Source: an uncultured virus (IMG/VR IMGVR_UViG_3300027917_000037)
Taxonomy: Duplodnaviria > Heunggongvirae > Uroviricota > Caudoviricetes
Strand: one strand, 5' to 3'
DNA: 64,000 nucleotides
IMG/VR virus record: IMGVR_UViG_3300027917_000037
The translations under genes and the position numbers were made by a program. Shown here in pieces: positions 35,342 to 45,811 of this stretch (positions are counted from its first letter, which is position 1; every line of letters starts with the position of its first letter). The notes below the pieces were generated by a model. The model had not been told where the DNA came from, searched no databases, and saw only the letters and a program-made list of their open reading frames with translations.

Positions 35342-35719
35342 ATGGCAGAAGAAAAACAAACAATGACACAGCGAGCGGCAGGTGTGGCTCCAAACAGGGC
35401 AGAAAGCCCAGAAGAATTAAAACTTATGGTTCAGGCATTAGAAGAAATTCAATTGTCGCTGGAACCGGTAAGAGATCAGGCGTTAGACCGCAAGGCCTTC
35501 TTTACTGGATATGCACAATGTGCTGAAGAAATGATTAAAGCCATAGTGGCAAAAATGGGATTTTTGAAAACACAAGCCACACAAAAAAAAGAATATATTA
35601 GCACAATGGAGAAAGAGGCTGAAGAAGCTGAGAAGCGTAAAAGAAAAGAGGTGAAGACTGCTTCAAAATCGAATGGCAAAAGTCGTAGGAGAGCACCAAG
35701 CGAAGACTCTCCTACATAG
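35342..35719 (+). CDS. Hypothetical coiled-coil protein
   Basis: AAGGAG RBS. Confidence 0.65.
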   Translation: MAEEKQTMTQRAAGVAPNRAESPEELKLMVQALEEIQLSLEPVRDQALDRKAFFTGYAQCAEEMIKAIVAKMGFLKTQATQKKEYISTMEKEAEEAEKRKRKEVKTASKSNGKSRRRAPSEDSPT

Positions 35720-35727
35720 GAGGGTAG

Positions 35728-36027
35728 ATGCCAACTATAGCTCTCATTACTGCTGGTGGTGTGGGTGAACACATCCATGTTGAGGAAGACTTAACCAGCC
35801 AGATTGATGGTAGTAGGCTTACATTTACCACCAGTCAAGAATATGAGTCAGGGTCTCTTCGTGTAATATACTCTGGAGTATACTATACGAAAGATAATGA
35901 TTTCTATGAAACTGATGCGTATGGTGCAGCGAGCACTACTCAATTCACTCTATTCAATGATGATCCTTTCCCTCCTGAACTAGGTTGTCCACTTTTCGTA
36001 GTATATCGCAGATTAATAACAGTGTGA
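35728..36027 (+). CDS. Small virion-associated beta protein
   Basis: DLTSQIDGSRLTFTT...GSLRVIYSG...DFYE pattern seen in phage structural domains. Confidence 0.55.
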   Translation: MPTIALITAGGVGEHIHVEEDLTSQIDGSRLTFTTSQEYESGSLRVIYSGVYYTKDNDFYETDAYGAASTTQFTLFNDDPFPPELGCPLFVVYRRLITV

Positions 36028-36036
36028 GGTTTTTAA

Positions 36037-36360
36037 ATGGGTTTGATAGGTCCATTTCAGCCAGGTGATGTAGCGAGAATTCCATTGGAAATTACTATTA
36101 ATGGAGAGGCTATTGCTATAGTTGATCCAAGAGTTGAGCGTATAGTTCTACCTGATGGTACTGATGCTCCTGGATATCCCAAGCCGATGCAGACTATTAA
36201 ATCTGGAACATATATGTTAGAGACTATATTTAATACAATTGGAAATTATACTGCAATTTTACAGGGCGAGTTGGGTAATAGAACTATAGAACAAATAGCT
36301 GAATTTGTCGTTGAAAAGCCGTTCGGATATCCCCGAATTGAAATTGCTTGCGACGACTAG
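36037..36360 (+). CDS. Small Ig-like protein
   Basis: Beta pattern GTY......IGNYTA; located in the neck cluster. Confidence 0.5.
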   Translation: MGLIGPFQPGDVARIPLEITINGEAIAIVDPRVERIVLPDGTDAPGYPKPMQTIKSGTYMLETIFNTIGNYTAILQGELGNRTIEQIAEFVVEKPFGYPRIEIACDD

Positions 36361-36372
36361 CGGAGGGTATAA

Positions 36373-37257
36373 ATGACTACCACTACCAGACAGGTAATAG
36401 TTGGGAATTCTGTAATATTGGAAGTTGACATTTGGGACGCCAGGGGAAACAGAATTGATGCCGACTCTCAACCTATGGTTTCAATTATCGATTCAAATGG
36501 GGTTGTGCAAAGGGATTTGTCAAGCACAGATGTTGTACGGATTCAAGAGGGAAGATATCGTTATATCTATTCCGTTGCTTCAACTGCCACAACTGGTGTG
36601 TGGGTGGATCATTGGCGTGCTACAGTTAATGGTTTTACGACTGATAGTCGTCTTAGTTTTATTGTATTAACAGCCAGTGCTGATATTGAAGTGGCTGGTG
36701 ATCAAATTGGAGACCCACCACGCATTACTTGGAGTGAAGAGGAAATTATTGGCATCAATATATTGCTGGAATGTTTGGGCAATAGGCTTAAAAATAATTT
36801 GCAAGTAGAAAGTATTGATGCATATGGAAACATAGAATATGTGGATTGTCATGTATTTTCGAATGATGAGTTGGTTTGGTTTTTAAAATGTAGTCTTAGT
36901 GAGTTTAATCAAACACCACACTTTACAGATTTCACTTTTGCTGATCAAGTGATTTATCAAAGATTTGGTCATATAATTGTAGAAGGAGCATGTATTTTAG
37001 CATGGGCGGCACAAATGGTGATTGAGGCTGGAAGGGAGTTTACCATTACTGATAATGGTATCACTATGAACCCGCCGCCGTTATCGAGTGTTTTAAATAA
37101 TGAATTGGCTCAATTCGTTAGCAGACATACTGAGATGTTGAAATATATCAAAACAAGTATTAAGCCACAACCAATTGGGTTTGGAGGTTTTAGAGTCTTG
37201 GCCGTGAGCCCAAATTACATGAGGCTTCGACACCTCAGACAAAGAAGAATTGTATAG
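36373..37257 (+). CDS. Putative neck/head-tail adaptor with an N-terminal Ig-like domain
   Basis: GRYRYIY......GVWVDHW followed by helical FSNDELVWFL..SLSEFN.TP...FTITDNG; positional argument. Confidence 0.55.
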   Translation: MTTTTRQVIVGNSVILEVDIWDARGNRIDADSQPMVSIIDSNGVVQRDLSSTDVVRIQEGRYRYIYSVASTATTGVWVDHWRATVNGFTTDSRLSFIVLTASADIEVAGDQIGDPPRITWSEEEIIGINILLECLGNRLKNNLQVESIDAYGNIEYVDCHVFSNDELVWFLKCSLSEFNQTPHFTDFTFADQVIYQRFGHIIVEGACILAWAAQMVIEAGREFTITDNGITMNPPPLSSVLNNELAQFVSRHTEMLKYIKTSIKPQPIGFGGFRVLAVSPNYMRLRHLRQRRIV

Positions 37258-37265
37258 GAGAAATC

Positions 37266-37520
37266 ATGTTAGTTAAGAAAAAGATTGAATATTTAGGTAT
37301 AAATAGTCCGAATACGCCCGCTCAGGTACGAGTGGAAGTTGCTGGATTAAAACAAGCCATTAAGGTCGCTGAAGAGTTGATTTGCCGATTAGAACAAGCC
37401 GTAGCAATTGCTGCTTTAAACAATGAGGAGAATCATGCTGAACGCCAAAAAACAAGCAAAACAGAGGGTACAGAAACAAAAAAGATTGAGGGAAATGAAG
37501 GGGTTAATACGGAAACTTAA
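37266..37520 (+). CDS. Hypothetical protein
   Basis: AGGAG RBS; 3' end overlaps the next gene by ~90 nt. Confidence 0.45.
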   Translation: MLVKKKIEYLGINSPNTPAQVRVEVAGLKQAIKVAEELICRLEQAVAIAALNNEENHAERQKTSKTEGTETKKIEGNEGVNTET

Positions 37521-37953
37521 AAATGCTGTCAAGAAAGAGGAAGAGTATATTGAAAAATGTGAGAAGTATAACAAAGATGTAGACTTCATTGATGATGTAA
37601 ATATTTCTTTTGATGATGAGTTGGATGTTTCTGCCAAAACAGTTAATGGCGAGATTTTTCTGAATGGAAAGTTGTTCGACGAGGGTGAGTGGGATGACAA
37701 GATGCGTTATATCATCCATGAAGTTACTCATTGTTTTCAACAAGAGGCTGGTAAAGTAGACGGTAAGGTGGATAAAGATAACTATTTAGATGATGATAAT
37801 GAGCAAGAGGCTTTTCGTGCACAGATATCTTATATGGCGGATCACGATTCTCCAGAAGAGTTGCAACGGTATCTGGAACAATTGTTAGACCATCATGATA
37901 TAAAAGGGCGCGAACGCAGGGAAAAGATTAAGGAATTGACGAAAGATATTTAA
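37423..37953 (+). CDS. Zincin-like metallopeptidase domain protein
   Basis: IIHEVTHCFQ...YL....EQEAF; start may be 37435 (after GAGGAG). Confidence 0.65.
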   Translation: MRRIMLNAKKQAKQRVQKQKRLREMKGLIRKLKNAVKKEEEYIEKCEKYNKDVDFIDDVNISFDDELDVSAKTVNGEIFLNGKLFDEGEWDDKMRYIIHEVTHCFQQEAGKVDGKVDKDNYLDDDNEQEAFRAQISYMADHDSPEELQRYLEQLLDHHDIKGRERREKIKELTKDI

Positions 37954-37954
37954 T

Positions 37955-37975
37955 CTATTAATAAAATGCTATTTT
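37955..37975 (+). promoter_or_regulatory. Putative phage late promoter
   Basis: CTATTAATAA-aatgc-TATTTT. Confidence 0.6.
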
Positions 37976-38007
37976 TTATAGGTATTTTAATGGCTGGTGC
38001 CAAATAA

Positions 38008-41000
38008 ATGGTTGTTTTTACTAATTTTTCTCCATTTCGGGATGAAACTAATGTTGCCAGAACTGCTGTAGTAAGTTTTACTATGGTTGATGACGGTTAT
38101 GGTATTGATATCAATACTTTAAGCGTTAAGTTTGGAACGCATCAGATTCTGAGTGCGGGATCTTTTATAGATGGTTATACGGGCAGGATTTTTTCTGCTG
38201 CAGGGAAACATGTAGTGGGTATATATCCTACCTCGCCATTTTTTGAGAGAGCATCGAAGATAGATATATATATTGGGGTAAATGATGGATATGGCACATT
38301 GAATTCAGAAAGTTATAGTTTTTATACGGCTGGGTATAATGCACCAGCATCAGAGCCAATTACAACTTCAATACCTCGTTCATGTCCACAGGCGCCACCA
38401 TTTTTCCCACCAACAGATATAGGATTGGTAGCAGCACTTGATTCTGGGGTGGGCACAGAGGTAGAACTACAATGGAAAGCAGCCGCACCACATAACGAAA
38501 ATAATGTAATATTTTACAATGTTTATTATTCCACAGACAGAAGTGCTGTTTTTGACGGATATCCAGACTTCATTGTAAGTGATACTGAGGCTACAATTGG
38601 AGGTCTTGCTCCAGGAGATATGCATCATTTTGGTGTTAGAGTGACCGAATTTGATCCACTTCTTTTCACGATCAGTGGTTTACAACAGGCTGGACCAAAT
38701 ATGTTTTTCTATCCCATGGGAACATTGGATGGATATATATCAGCATCAGCAACTTTTATTCCAGCCGCCACTGATGGTTTCCCACAATTTGGTATTATTC
38801 ATTTAGGGACAGAACTCGTAAAATACGGGTCACTAAGCATTTCTCCTCCAGGTTTTGTTGTGGCTACAAGTGGGCGCGGTTATGCTGAAACTATTGCCGA
38901 ACCTCATGCAAACAATATTGCAATCAGGTTATTCGGAGGAAGAGAAGATAGTAATACAAAAATCGTCCTTGCAACCCCAACCTTTCAGAAACCAAACTAT
39001 GCTTTAACTTGGGTTAGATCAGATGGTTATGGCGCTGATGGCTATCGCGATGGTTACGATGGATATGATGCCTATTATAACGCCGCTCTGGGAGCAAATC
39101 GTTTATTTGATGGATATGATGGTTATTACAGACATCATGGTAAAACATATGATTCAATCACCACCGATGGAACCAATAACGATAATTCCGGAACCTTTCC
39201 AAGACTTGATTATTGTGGAACCTGGAGGGCTATGTCCCCACAAAGTTTTATGCAGGGGCAATGTAGACCATCATATTTTGGTGGGGCTCAGATACGGTTT
39301 GATGATGATGGGTACAGGCACTTGGTGAAAGTTCCTGATGTTAGAACTCACATGTTACAAAGAGAGGAGTTATTGCTTGAATCCACTGGAGAGCCTTTAA
39401 TACTACTTCGTAGAATGTGGACAGGTACACGCTGTCTGTGTTATATGAATAGAAGAGAACATCCGGATGCCAGGTGTCCTGTTTGCTTTGTTCCAGGTTC
39501 TTTGGTAAACACAAAAAATGGTTATATTCCAATTGAAAATGTGAAAGTAGGAGATTATGTATTATCTGATGATGGGACATATAACAAAGTAAATAAGGTT
39601 ATGGAAAGAGAGTTTGATGGTTATTTACGAAAAATTGAAACACATAGCACAACTCCGCTGTTGGTTACACCAGAACATCCATTTTTAACTATATTAAGTA
39701 ACCATGAAATTTCAAGATCCTGTGGTCCAAAATGTAGTGCTTTTATTGAAAACGGAGATGGAACGGCTAGACATGCAGAGCCAAGATTGTTACCAAGTAA
39801 TCGTTGGTGGGCTAGAGTTACAACTCCACAAGGTAATAGGATAAGTTTAGGAACTTTTAATACAAGAGTTGAAGCAGAAAAGGTTATTAATAACTATTAT
39901 ATAACCACTTACTCTCCAAAACATAAGTTAGATTGGAAAAATGCAGAAAACATAAGTGTTAACGATTGGTTAGTTAATAAATGGTCTAATGAAATAAAAG
40001 ATATAGATACAATTAAAATACCTTCTAATTTTACTAAAAAGACAAAACTTGGCTCTAAAAGAAATGGAGTAGAAACATTTCATCTTAATGAGGAGTTTTT
40101 GTGGATAGTTGGAATGTATATTGCTGAGGGCTCCCATGGTGCTAGGCATTTATGTTTCTCGCTACATAAAAATGAAGTAAATTTTCAAAAAAGGATTGTT
40201 AATTATTTTAAAAATTTAGGATTTAATTCTACTGTACGCAATACATCAGAAAATGGTGTAGCAATTGAAATATATAGTACTTCACTATCAAAGTGGTTTC
40301 CAGAAATGCTTGGTACAAAATGTTATAATAAGAAAATACCTGAAGATTTTATGACACTACCTAATAATAAGTTGAAAGCCTTGTTGCAAGGGATTTATGA
40401 TGGGGATGGGAATAAAGCACAACTTGAAATTGGCCAAACCTCAAAAATTCTTGCATTTCAGATAATTGATATTTTGCATAGATTGGGTAAACAGCCTCTT
40501 ATGAATATAAGGCAATCTGAAATTAGAACACCAAAGGGTAATAAAAGGAAGCCGTGTTATATTGTTAGTTGGGAAAGTGATGATTTTCGCCACAACAATA
40601 GAAAAGGTAAGTGGGATTTCAAAGAAGAGGTGCTTGTTCGTGTTAAAAATTCCACTTCAGTTCAGTATAAAGGTAAGGTGTATAATTTAGAGGTTGATGA
40701 AAGACACACCTATGTAGTGGAAAATATTGTAGTTCATAACTGCTTCAGTACTGGATTTGTACAGGGGTATGTGCAATTTTTCAATCCAAGACGATCTGAC
40801 AAGCGTCTTTTGGTCAGAATCGATCCTGCTACCGACGATTTGAATATTGTTGATCGTGGCGGTCTTGAGCCCATGTATGAACCAAATGGTTGGACATTAC
40901 CATTCCCTGCAATTAAAGATAGGGATATTCTGATTAGATTTAACCCAAACAATACAGAAGAGTTCAGATATGAAGTTTTAGATGTTACAAGAGTTCGTGC

Positions 41001-41286
41001 GATGTTTACTCAAACAGGTGCACAAAAACTTAGAATAAAACGTCTACCTAAAACAGATATTGCTTATCAATTTCCAGCGGTTAGAGATACTAGTCCAACT
41101 CCAGGTTCGTTGGTAACATCAACTGATAGTGGTCCTGGATTAAATGCTCACTCTCATCAACTTGTTTTAAGGGAAGGAACGGATGTTTTGAGTTTGCGTG
41201 GGGCGACTCTTGTTGCGGAAAACCACAATCATATAGTGGTTAATGGTATTGTTCAGCCTGTTTTGGGGCATACACATACTTTATAA
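38008..41286 (+). CDS. Putative neck/head-closure protein (Ig-like, FN3, DGY-rich, Cys cluster) containing an intein
   Basis: FN3-like VELQWKAA...YNVYYS...GLAPGDMHHFGVRV; extein RCLC...RCPV|CFSTGFVQGY; C-terminal HSH/HNH/HTH. Confidence 0.7.
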   Translation: MVVFTNFSPFRDETNVARTAVVSFTMVDDGYGIDINTLSVKFGTHQILSAGSFIDGYTGRIFSAAGKHVVGIYPTSPFFERASKIDIYIGVNDGYGTLNSESYSFYTAGYNAPASEPITTSIPRSCPQAPPFFPPTDIGLVAALDSGVGTEVELQWKAAAPHNENNVIFYNVYYSTDRSAVFDGYPDFIVSDTEATIGGLAPGDMHHFGVRVTEFDPLLFTISGLQQAGPNMFFYPMGTLDGYISASATFIPAATDGFPQFGIIHLGTELVKYGSLSISPPGFVVATSGRGYAETIAEPHANNIAIRLFGGREDSNTKIVLATPTFQKPNYALTWVRSDGYGADGYRDGYDGYDAYYNAALGANRLFDGYDGYYRHHGKTYDSITTDGTNNDNSGTFPRLDYCGTWRAMSPQSFMQGQCRPSYFGGAQIRFDDDGYRHLVKVPDVRTHMLQREELLLESTGEPLILLRRMWTGTRCLCYMNRREHPDARCPVCFVPGSLVNTKNGYIPIENVKVGDYVLSDDGTYNKVNKVMEREFDGYLRKIETHSTTPLLVTPEHPFLTILSNHEISRSCGPKCSAFIENGDGTARHAEPRLLPSNRWWARVTTPQGNRISLGTFNTRVEAEKVINNYYITTYSPKHKLDWKNAENISVNDWLVNKWSNEIKDIDTIKIPSNFTKKTKLGSKRNGVETFHLNEEFLWIVGMYIAEGSHGARHLCFSLHKNEVNFQKRIVNYFKNLGFNSTVRNTSENGVAIEIYSTSLSKWFPEMLGTKCYNKKIPEDFMTLPNNKLKALLQGIYDGDGNKAQLEIGQTSKILAFQIIDILHRLGKQPLMNIRQSEIRTPKGNKRKPCYIVSWESDDFRHNNRKGKWDFKEEVLVRVKNSTSVQYKGKVYNLEVDERHTYVVENIVVHNCFSTGFVQGYVQFFNPRRSDKRLLVRIDPATDDLNIVDRGGLEPMYEPNGWTLPFPAIKDRDILIRFNPNNTEEFRYEVLDVTRVRAMFTQTGAQKLRIKRLPKTDIAYQFPAVRDTSPTPGSLVTSTDSGPGLNAHSHQLVLREGTDVLSLRGATLVAENHNHIVVNGIVQPVLGHTHTL
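39484..40740 (+). mobile_element. Intein (419 aa) with a LAGLIDADG homing endonuclease
   Basis: Begins CFVPGSLV; block B TPEHPFL; IVGMYIAEGS and LLQGIYDGDG; ends VYNLEV...YVVENIVVHN followed by Cys+1. Confidence 0.95.
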
Positions 41287-41304
41287 GGAGTGTTTATATA
41301 AAAG

Positions 41305-44300
41305 ATGACTACTAATTACCCAGGAGCAATCGACGGCTATTCTCAAATTCGCATTGTGCGTGATGGGATAGACGAAATTATTGCTGGAGATCACAATGAT
41401 TTACGCAGTGCTGTTGTTGCCATAGAACAAACTTTAGGTATTAATCCGCAAGGTGCTTTTGGATCTGTTACTGCGAGGTTAAATGATGCGTATGCAAATA
41501 TCGAACAGCATGCAGCAGGTAATGCTCCTCGGCACACAGATAGTCAAATTGACAGCCCTGCAAGATCTGGTGCTGTATATAGTTTGGCAGATGGTACTGT
41601 ATCTTCGCAAATTGTTGAGTTATTGGGTAATTTAAATTCGGTTAAATCTACTACAACAACATTAGAAACTGCCGTTGCAGATTTGGAGAGTTCAGTAAGT
41701 AATGCTTCCATAGCGCGAGCGTTTGATGGTTTTGTAATGGAAGGTATGGCTGTTACACAATATGCTGGTGGTCCGAATGCTGCTGTTGCATCTGGGCGTG
41801 TAACTGTTGGTGGAACTTATGCTACCTATTCTGGTGGTCATATAACTGTTAGTTCAACTCCTGGCACATATTATATATATGCGCGAATAAGTGGTGGGAG
41901 TTTAACCCTTGGCGCTGCTACCTTAGCCTCTTTACCTCTAGATCCTGAAAACTCTATTGTGTTACTTCATAAAATTACACACTCTGGTACAACATGGAGC
42001 AGTGATAGTACGGAAACTGCAGACATACGTCGTTTTGGAATGTTTGTTAATAATAAAAACTGCTTTACCGTTGGAAATACCCCAAGTGCTGGTGCGGATG
42101 GCTATGGGTGCGATTTTACAAGTTTAAGAGGTGCTGTTGAATATGTTAGAGTGCTTAATACTAGCACAAAATCTCTTTCTACAAAAAAGATTATGTTATC
42201 GAGCGATATTGAAGTGCAGACTGCTGATGCTAATATTCTTCTCGACATTGAAGGGATGGAGATTGATGGTGCTGGTCATAAAATAACTCTTTCTGATGAT
42301 GAACCTATATTCCTTGTGGAAGCCGATGATATTTGTATTAAGAATTTAGTACTTGAAGGTACAATGGGCAGCCCAAGTGATGGTTGTCTTGCCAGAGTTG
42401 GATATTCTAGCACTGTAGATGGTACGCGTATTGCTGATTGTGTGGGATCTGGTTTGCCATATTTCTTGCGATGTGGCGATGCTTCTGGAACCACAGCCAT
42501 GAATACTGCAGTAATTTCCAATAATAATATTGAAGTGCTTACTGGTGGTATCGAATATGTTTCGTCTACTAAATATCACCAATCCATTAATTCTAGTATT
42601 ATTGAGGGCAATAGGTTTTCTCAAGGAACTTCGTTTAGTGCCACCTCATATAGTGCGATTAGAGTGTCTATGGATTGTGTTGTTACGAATAATGTTATCC
42701 AGGGTGGTTTTGATACTGGAATACTTATAGGTAAAGGTGAAAGGGGTGTAATATCCAACAATGTAATCATTGGCTATTCCTCTTCCGCCCTGATGAATAA
42801 TGGTATAAGCGCTTGGACTGATGACACAGATGACGATACAGGTATCATTATCTCAAACAATATAATCAGAGGTGTTGTTAATTATGGAATTGATTGTGCT
42901 GCTGGCACTGCAGACGGTCAATATTTTATAGTTTCGAATAACCTAATAGATAATTATGAAACAGATAGACCAGCAACTATGGTTGGAATTAGAGGTACTG
43001 CCAGCAATGAGCAAACTTGGATAGTTGGTAATAAGATAACAGCACCTGGTGCTTATGGAATAACAGATGCTTTTTATACTATCAATAACCAAATATTGGG
43101 GCACACTAGTGTTACGACTACTACGGCAGCAATTAATAATGTAACTGGTCTTATTGGTAATATGGCATGTAATAACCACATCTATAATTGTGCAGGTGTG
43201 GGTATTGCTTTGCAAGGGGCCGATAAATGTATTGTAACAAGCAATCTCATAACTTCAAGCAATTCTGGTGCGACAACTGCTATAACGAGCACAGGAACCG
43301 AAACTGCTATCATTGAGGGTAATATAATCAAAGATTATGCATCTTGTATATCTATGGTTAGTGGTCAAAATCTTACAGTTTCTAATAACAGGTTGATAGA
43401 TTTTTCTACCAACGGAATAGTTTTTGATGCCTCTGATGAGTGTATTGTTATTGGGAATTGGATTGTTGGTGCTGGAGGAAATTCTGGTACGGCAATCTCT
43501 GGTTTTGATGCCGGATCGATCATTGCAAACAACCATATTTCTTATATAGGTCAGGGTGGTGGTGGTTACTTTGCAATTATTCCTGAGAGTAGTTCTGCAG
43601 ATAATGTAGTAATAAGTAACAATGCTTTTAATAATATTAGGTGGGGTGGGATTATGGGTTGCACAGAAAGTGTTATTTCTGGCAATTCATTTTACAATGT
43701 ATTTGATACTTCGATTGATTGTGATGGTGCTGCCGAATTGTTAATTGCAAATAATGTATTTATGGGAGTTGGAAATTCTGTTGCAGCAATAGCAGATATA
43801 GGAAATAGATCGTCAATAAATGGAAATTTAATTAGTCTTTATGGAACGGGTGATGGGGATGAAACAATTCGAGCAGGTTCTTCCAAAACTTATTGTTCCA
43901 TCACAAACAACACAATTATAGAATGTAGAGGCGCTGGTATAGATTGTAATAACGGAAGTTTTTTCCTTGTTGCTAATAATTATTTGCACGGTAATGGGAG
44001 TAACTCTGGCGATGGTATTATAAATGTAGAAGAGTATTCTTCCATAGTTGGAAATGTAATAGGATATTATGGAAACCTAACCTCCAATAATGCCATTGAG
44101 ACAGCGGCCGGTGCAGGTAAAACAGTAATTGCTAACAATTATATACACCACCCCGGCTCAGGGATGGACACAGTAATATCTCTAGGTGTCGAGACATATT
44201 ACTTTGTTGTTGGTAATAGTCTATTAGATGTGCCAAAAGTGGGTATAGATTGTGGTGTTTCATCATGGTCCGTGATTGCTAATAATTTTATCAAGGGGGT

Positions 44301-45480
44301 TTCTTCAGGGACCACTGATATGAATGCGATCCTTGGTGTAGGGAATGCTAATCTTATACAAGGAAATTATATAATCAATCCCAATTATAATGGAATCGTA
44401 GTTGATGGTAGTTCCGTTTACTGTGCAGTAAATTATATTTATAATGCAAACAACTATGGAATTCACATTCGTTATGCAACCTGTGATAACTCAAGTATTA
44501 TAGGAAATTACATAACAACAGGTAACCGTGGAATACAAGTAGATGGTGCAGACCATATAGTTATACATGATAATAACATATATCCAACAGGTAATGGAAT
44601 GGAATTCAATTCTGTTGAATATCTTTCCCTACACAACAATTATATATATAATGCCGGTGCCAATGGAATTGTTTTTATTGATTGTCTATTCGTGTCGGCA
44701 TGTTCTAATTTCATCTATAATTCGGGCGATCATGGTATGGCTCTTTCTAGTACTGGTAATGATTGGGTTGTTAGTAATAATTATATTGGTTCGGCAGGTG
44801 ATTCTGCAATTCACGCTACTAGCGGAACATTTTTCCGTATGCGTTTTTCTGGTAACTATATACATGATCCCGCTGATGTTGGAATACTATTAACAGCAGG
44901 TAATGCTGTGATTAATGACAACATTATTTATCATAGCGGTTTGTCGGGAATGCAACTTTCTGGCAATGGGCAAACTATTGTTGGTAATTGCATACATTCC
45001 CCTGGAATTAGTGGAATTGAGGTAACGTCTGGAGGAACGGATAGTGTAATTAGCAACAACCACATAACTTATGCTTATTTCGGCTACGGCATACGCTTAA
45101 ACGCAAATGCACATAGATCAAACATATGTGGTAATATAATCCGAACTGCATTACATGGTATAGAAACCCTTGGCTGTGATGATTGTGTTCTTTCATCAAA
45201 CTTGGCTTATGATGTGACGAACAAATCATTCTCTGTTGCGGGCGGCGATGATTGTATTGTAATAGGAAATAGATCAGTTTCTTCAGGGTCAACACCATTA
45301 GATTGCTCAGTATCTTATGGTACTCTTATAATCGGTAATTGGTTTGATACCTCGACAATTATTAACGGAGCCAATTATTTGGTAATAGGTAATTTATGCG
45401 AAGGTGGAACGCCAGCTGGTTGGAGTGGGCCACCTGCAGGTGTGATTGTATCTGGTACTAACTATGAGACATATGCATAG
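41305..45480 (+). CDS. Large parallel beta-helix tail spike/fibre
   Basis: Dozens of I-x-x-N-x-I (ISNN, IIGN) rungs; N-terminal NYP...LRSAVVAIEQTLG anchor. Confidence 0.85.
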   Translation: MTTNYPGAIDGYSQIRIVRDGIDEIIAGDHNDLRSAVVAIEQTLGINPQGAFGSVTARLNDAYANIEQHAAGNAPRHTDSQIDSPARSGAVYSLADGTVSSQIVELLGNLNSVKSTTTTLETAVADLESSVSNASIARAFDGFVMEGMAVTQYAGGPNAAVASGRVTVGGTYATYSGGHITVSSTPGTYYIYARISGGSLTLGAATLASLPLDPENSIVLLHKITHSGTTWSSDSTETADIRRFGMFVNNKNCFTVGNTPSAGADGYGCDFTSLRGAVEYVRVLNTSTKSLSTKKIMLSSDIEVQTADANILLDIEGMEIDGAGHKITLSDDEPIFLVEADDICIKNLVLEGTMGSPSDGCLARVGYSSTVDGTRIADCVGSGLPYFLRCGDASGTTAMNTAVISNNNIEVLTGGIEYVSSTKYHQSINSSIIEGNRFSQGTSFSATSYSAIRVSMDCVVTNNVIQGGFDTGILIGKGERGVISNNVIIGYSSSALMNNGISAWTDDTDDDTGIIISNNIIRGVVNYGIDCAAGTADGQYFIVSNNLIDNYETDRPATMVGIRGTASNEQTWIVGNKITAPGAYGITDAFYTINNQILGHTSVTTTTAAINNVTGLIGNMACNNHIYNCAGVGIALQGADKCIVTSNLITSSNSGATTAITSTGTETAIIEGNIIKDYASCISMVSGQNLTVSNNRLIDFSTNGIVFDASDECIVIGNWIVGAGGNSGTAISGFDAGSIIANNHISYIGQGGGGYFAIIPESSSADNVVISNNAFNNIRWGGIMGCTESVISGNSFYNVFDTSIDCDGAAELLIANNVFMGVGNSVAAIADIGNRSSINGNLISLYGTGDGDETIRAGSSKTYCSITNNTIIECRGAGIDCNNGSFFLVANNYLHGNGSNSGDGIINVEEYSSIVGNVIGYYGNLTSNNAIETAAGAGKTVIANNYIHHPGSGMDTVISLGVETYYFVVGNSLLDVPKVGIDCGVSSWSVIANNFIKGVSSGTTDMNAILGVGNANLIQGNYIINPNYNGIVVDGSSVYCAVNYIYNANNYGIHIRYATCDNSSIIGNYITTGNRGIQVDGADHIVIHDNNIYPTGNGMEFNSVEYLSLHNNYIYNAGANGIVFIDCLFVSACSNFIYNSGDHGMALSSTGNDWVVSNNYIGSAGDSAIHATSGTFFRMRFSGNYIHDPADVGILLTAGNAVINDNIIYHSGLSGMQLSGNGQTIVGNCIHSPGISGIEVTSGGTDSVISNNHITYAYFGYGIRLNANAHRSNICGNIIRTALHGIETLGCDDCVLSSNLAYDVTNKSFSVAGGDDCIVIGNRSVSSGSTPLDCSVSYGTLIIGNWFDTSTIINGANYLVIGNLCEGGTPAGWSGPPAGVIVSGTNYETYA

Positions 45481-45492
45481 GAGTTATAAAAT

Positions 45493-45795
45493 ATGGAATG
45501 GGAAATCAATAATACTTTCATATCCGCAGTTGACGGCTATGATGGTTATGAATTTCATGGGTATTTAGACGGTTATCTTTCAGATGAAAACTATTTACAA
45601 GAAAGTGTTTTCGCTCTAAGTATAGCTGACGTTTATAGTTTAAAAAATACAGTATATGCAAAGTATAATTATTATACATCAATAGAAAGTCCATCTGATA
45701 AGATTACTAGAAGGATTCTTCGTCTTTCTCAAATGAAAACTAGATTTGATGGTATTATAGCTGGATTGGTAAGAGATGGTTATGACGGTTATTAA
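45493..45795 (+). CDS. 100-aa DGY-rich protein
   Basis: VDGYDGYEFHGYLDGY ... RDGYDGY-stop; AGGAG RBS. Confidence 0.65.
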   Translation: MEWEINNTFISAVDGYDGYEFHGYLDGYLSDENYLQESVFALSIADVYSLKNTVYAKYNYYTSIESPSDKITRRILRLSQMKTRFDGIIAGLVRDGYDGY

Positions 45796-45811
45796 GAAAG
45801 GAGATATGATA

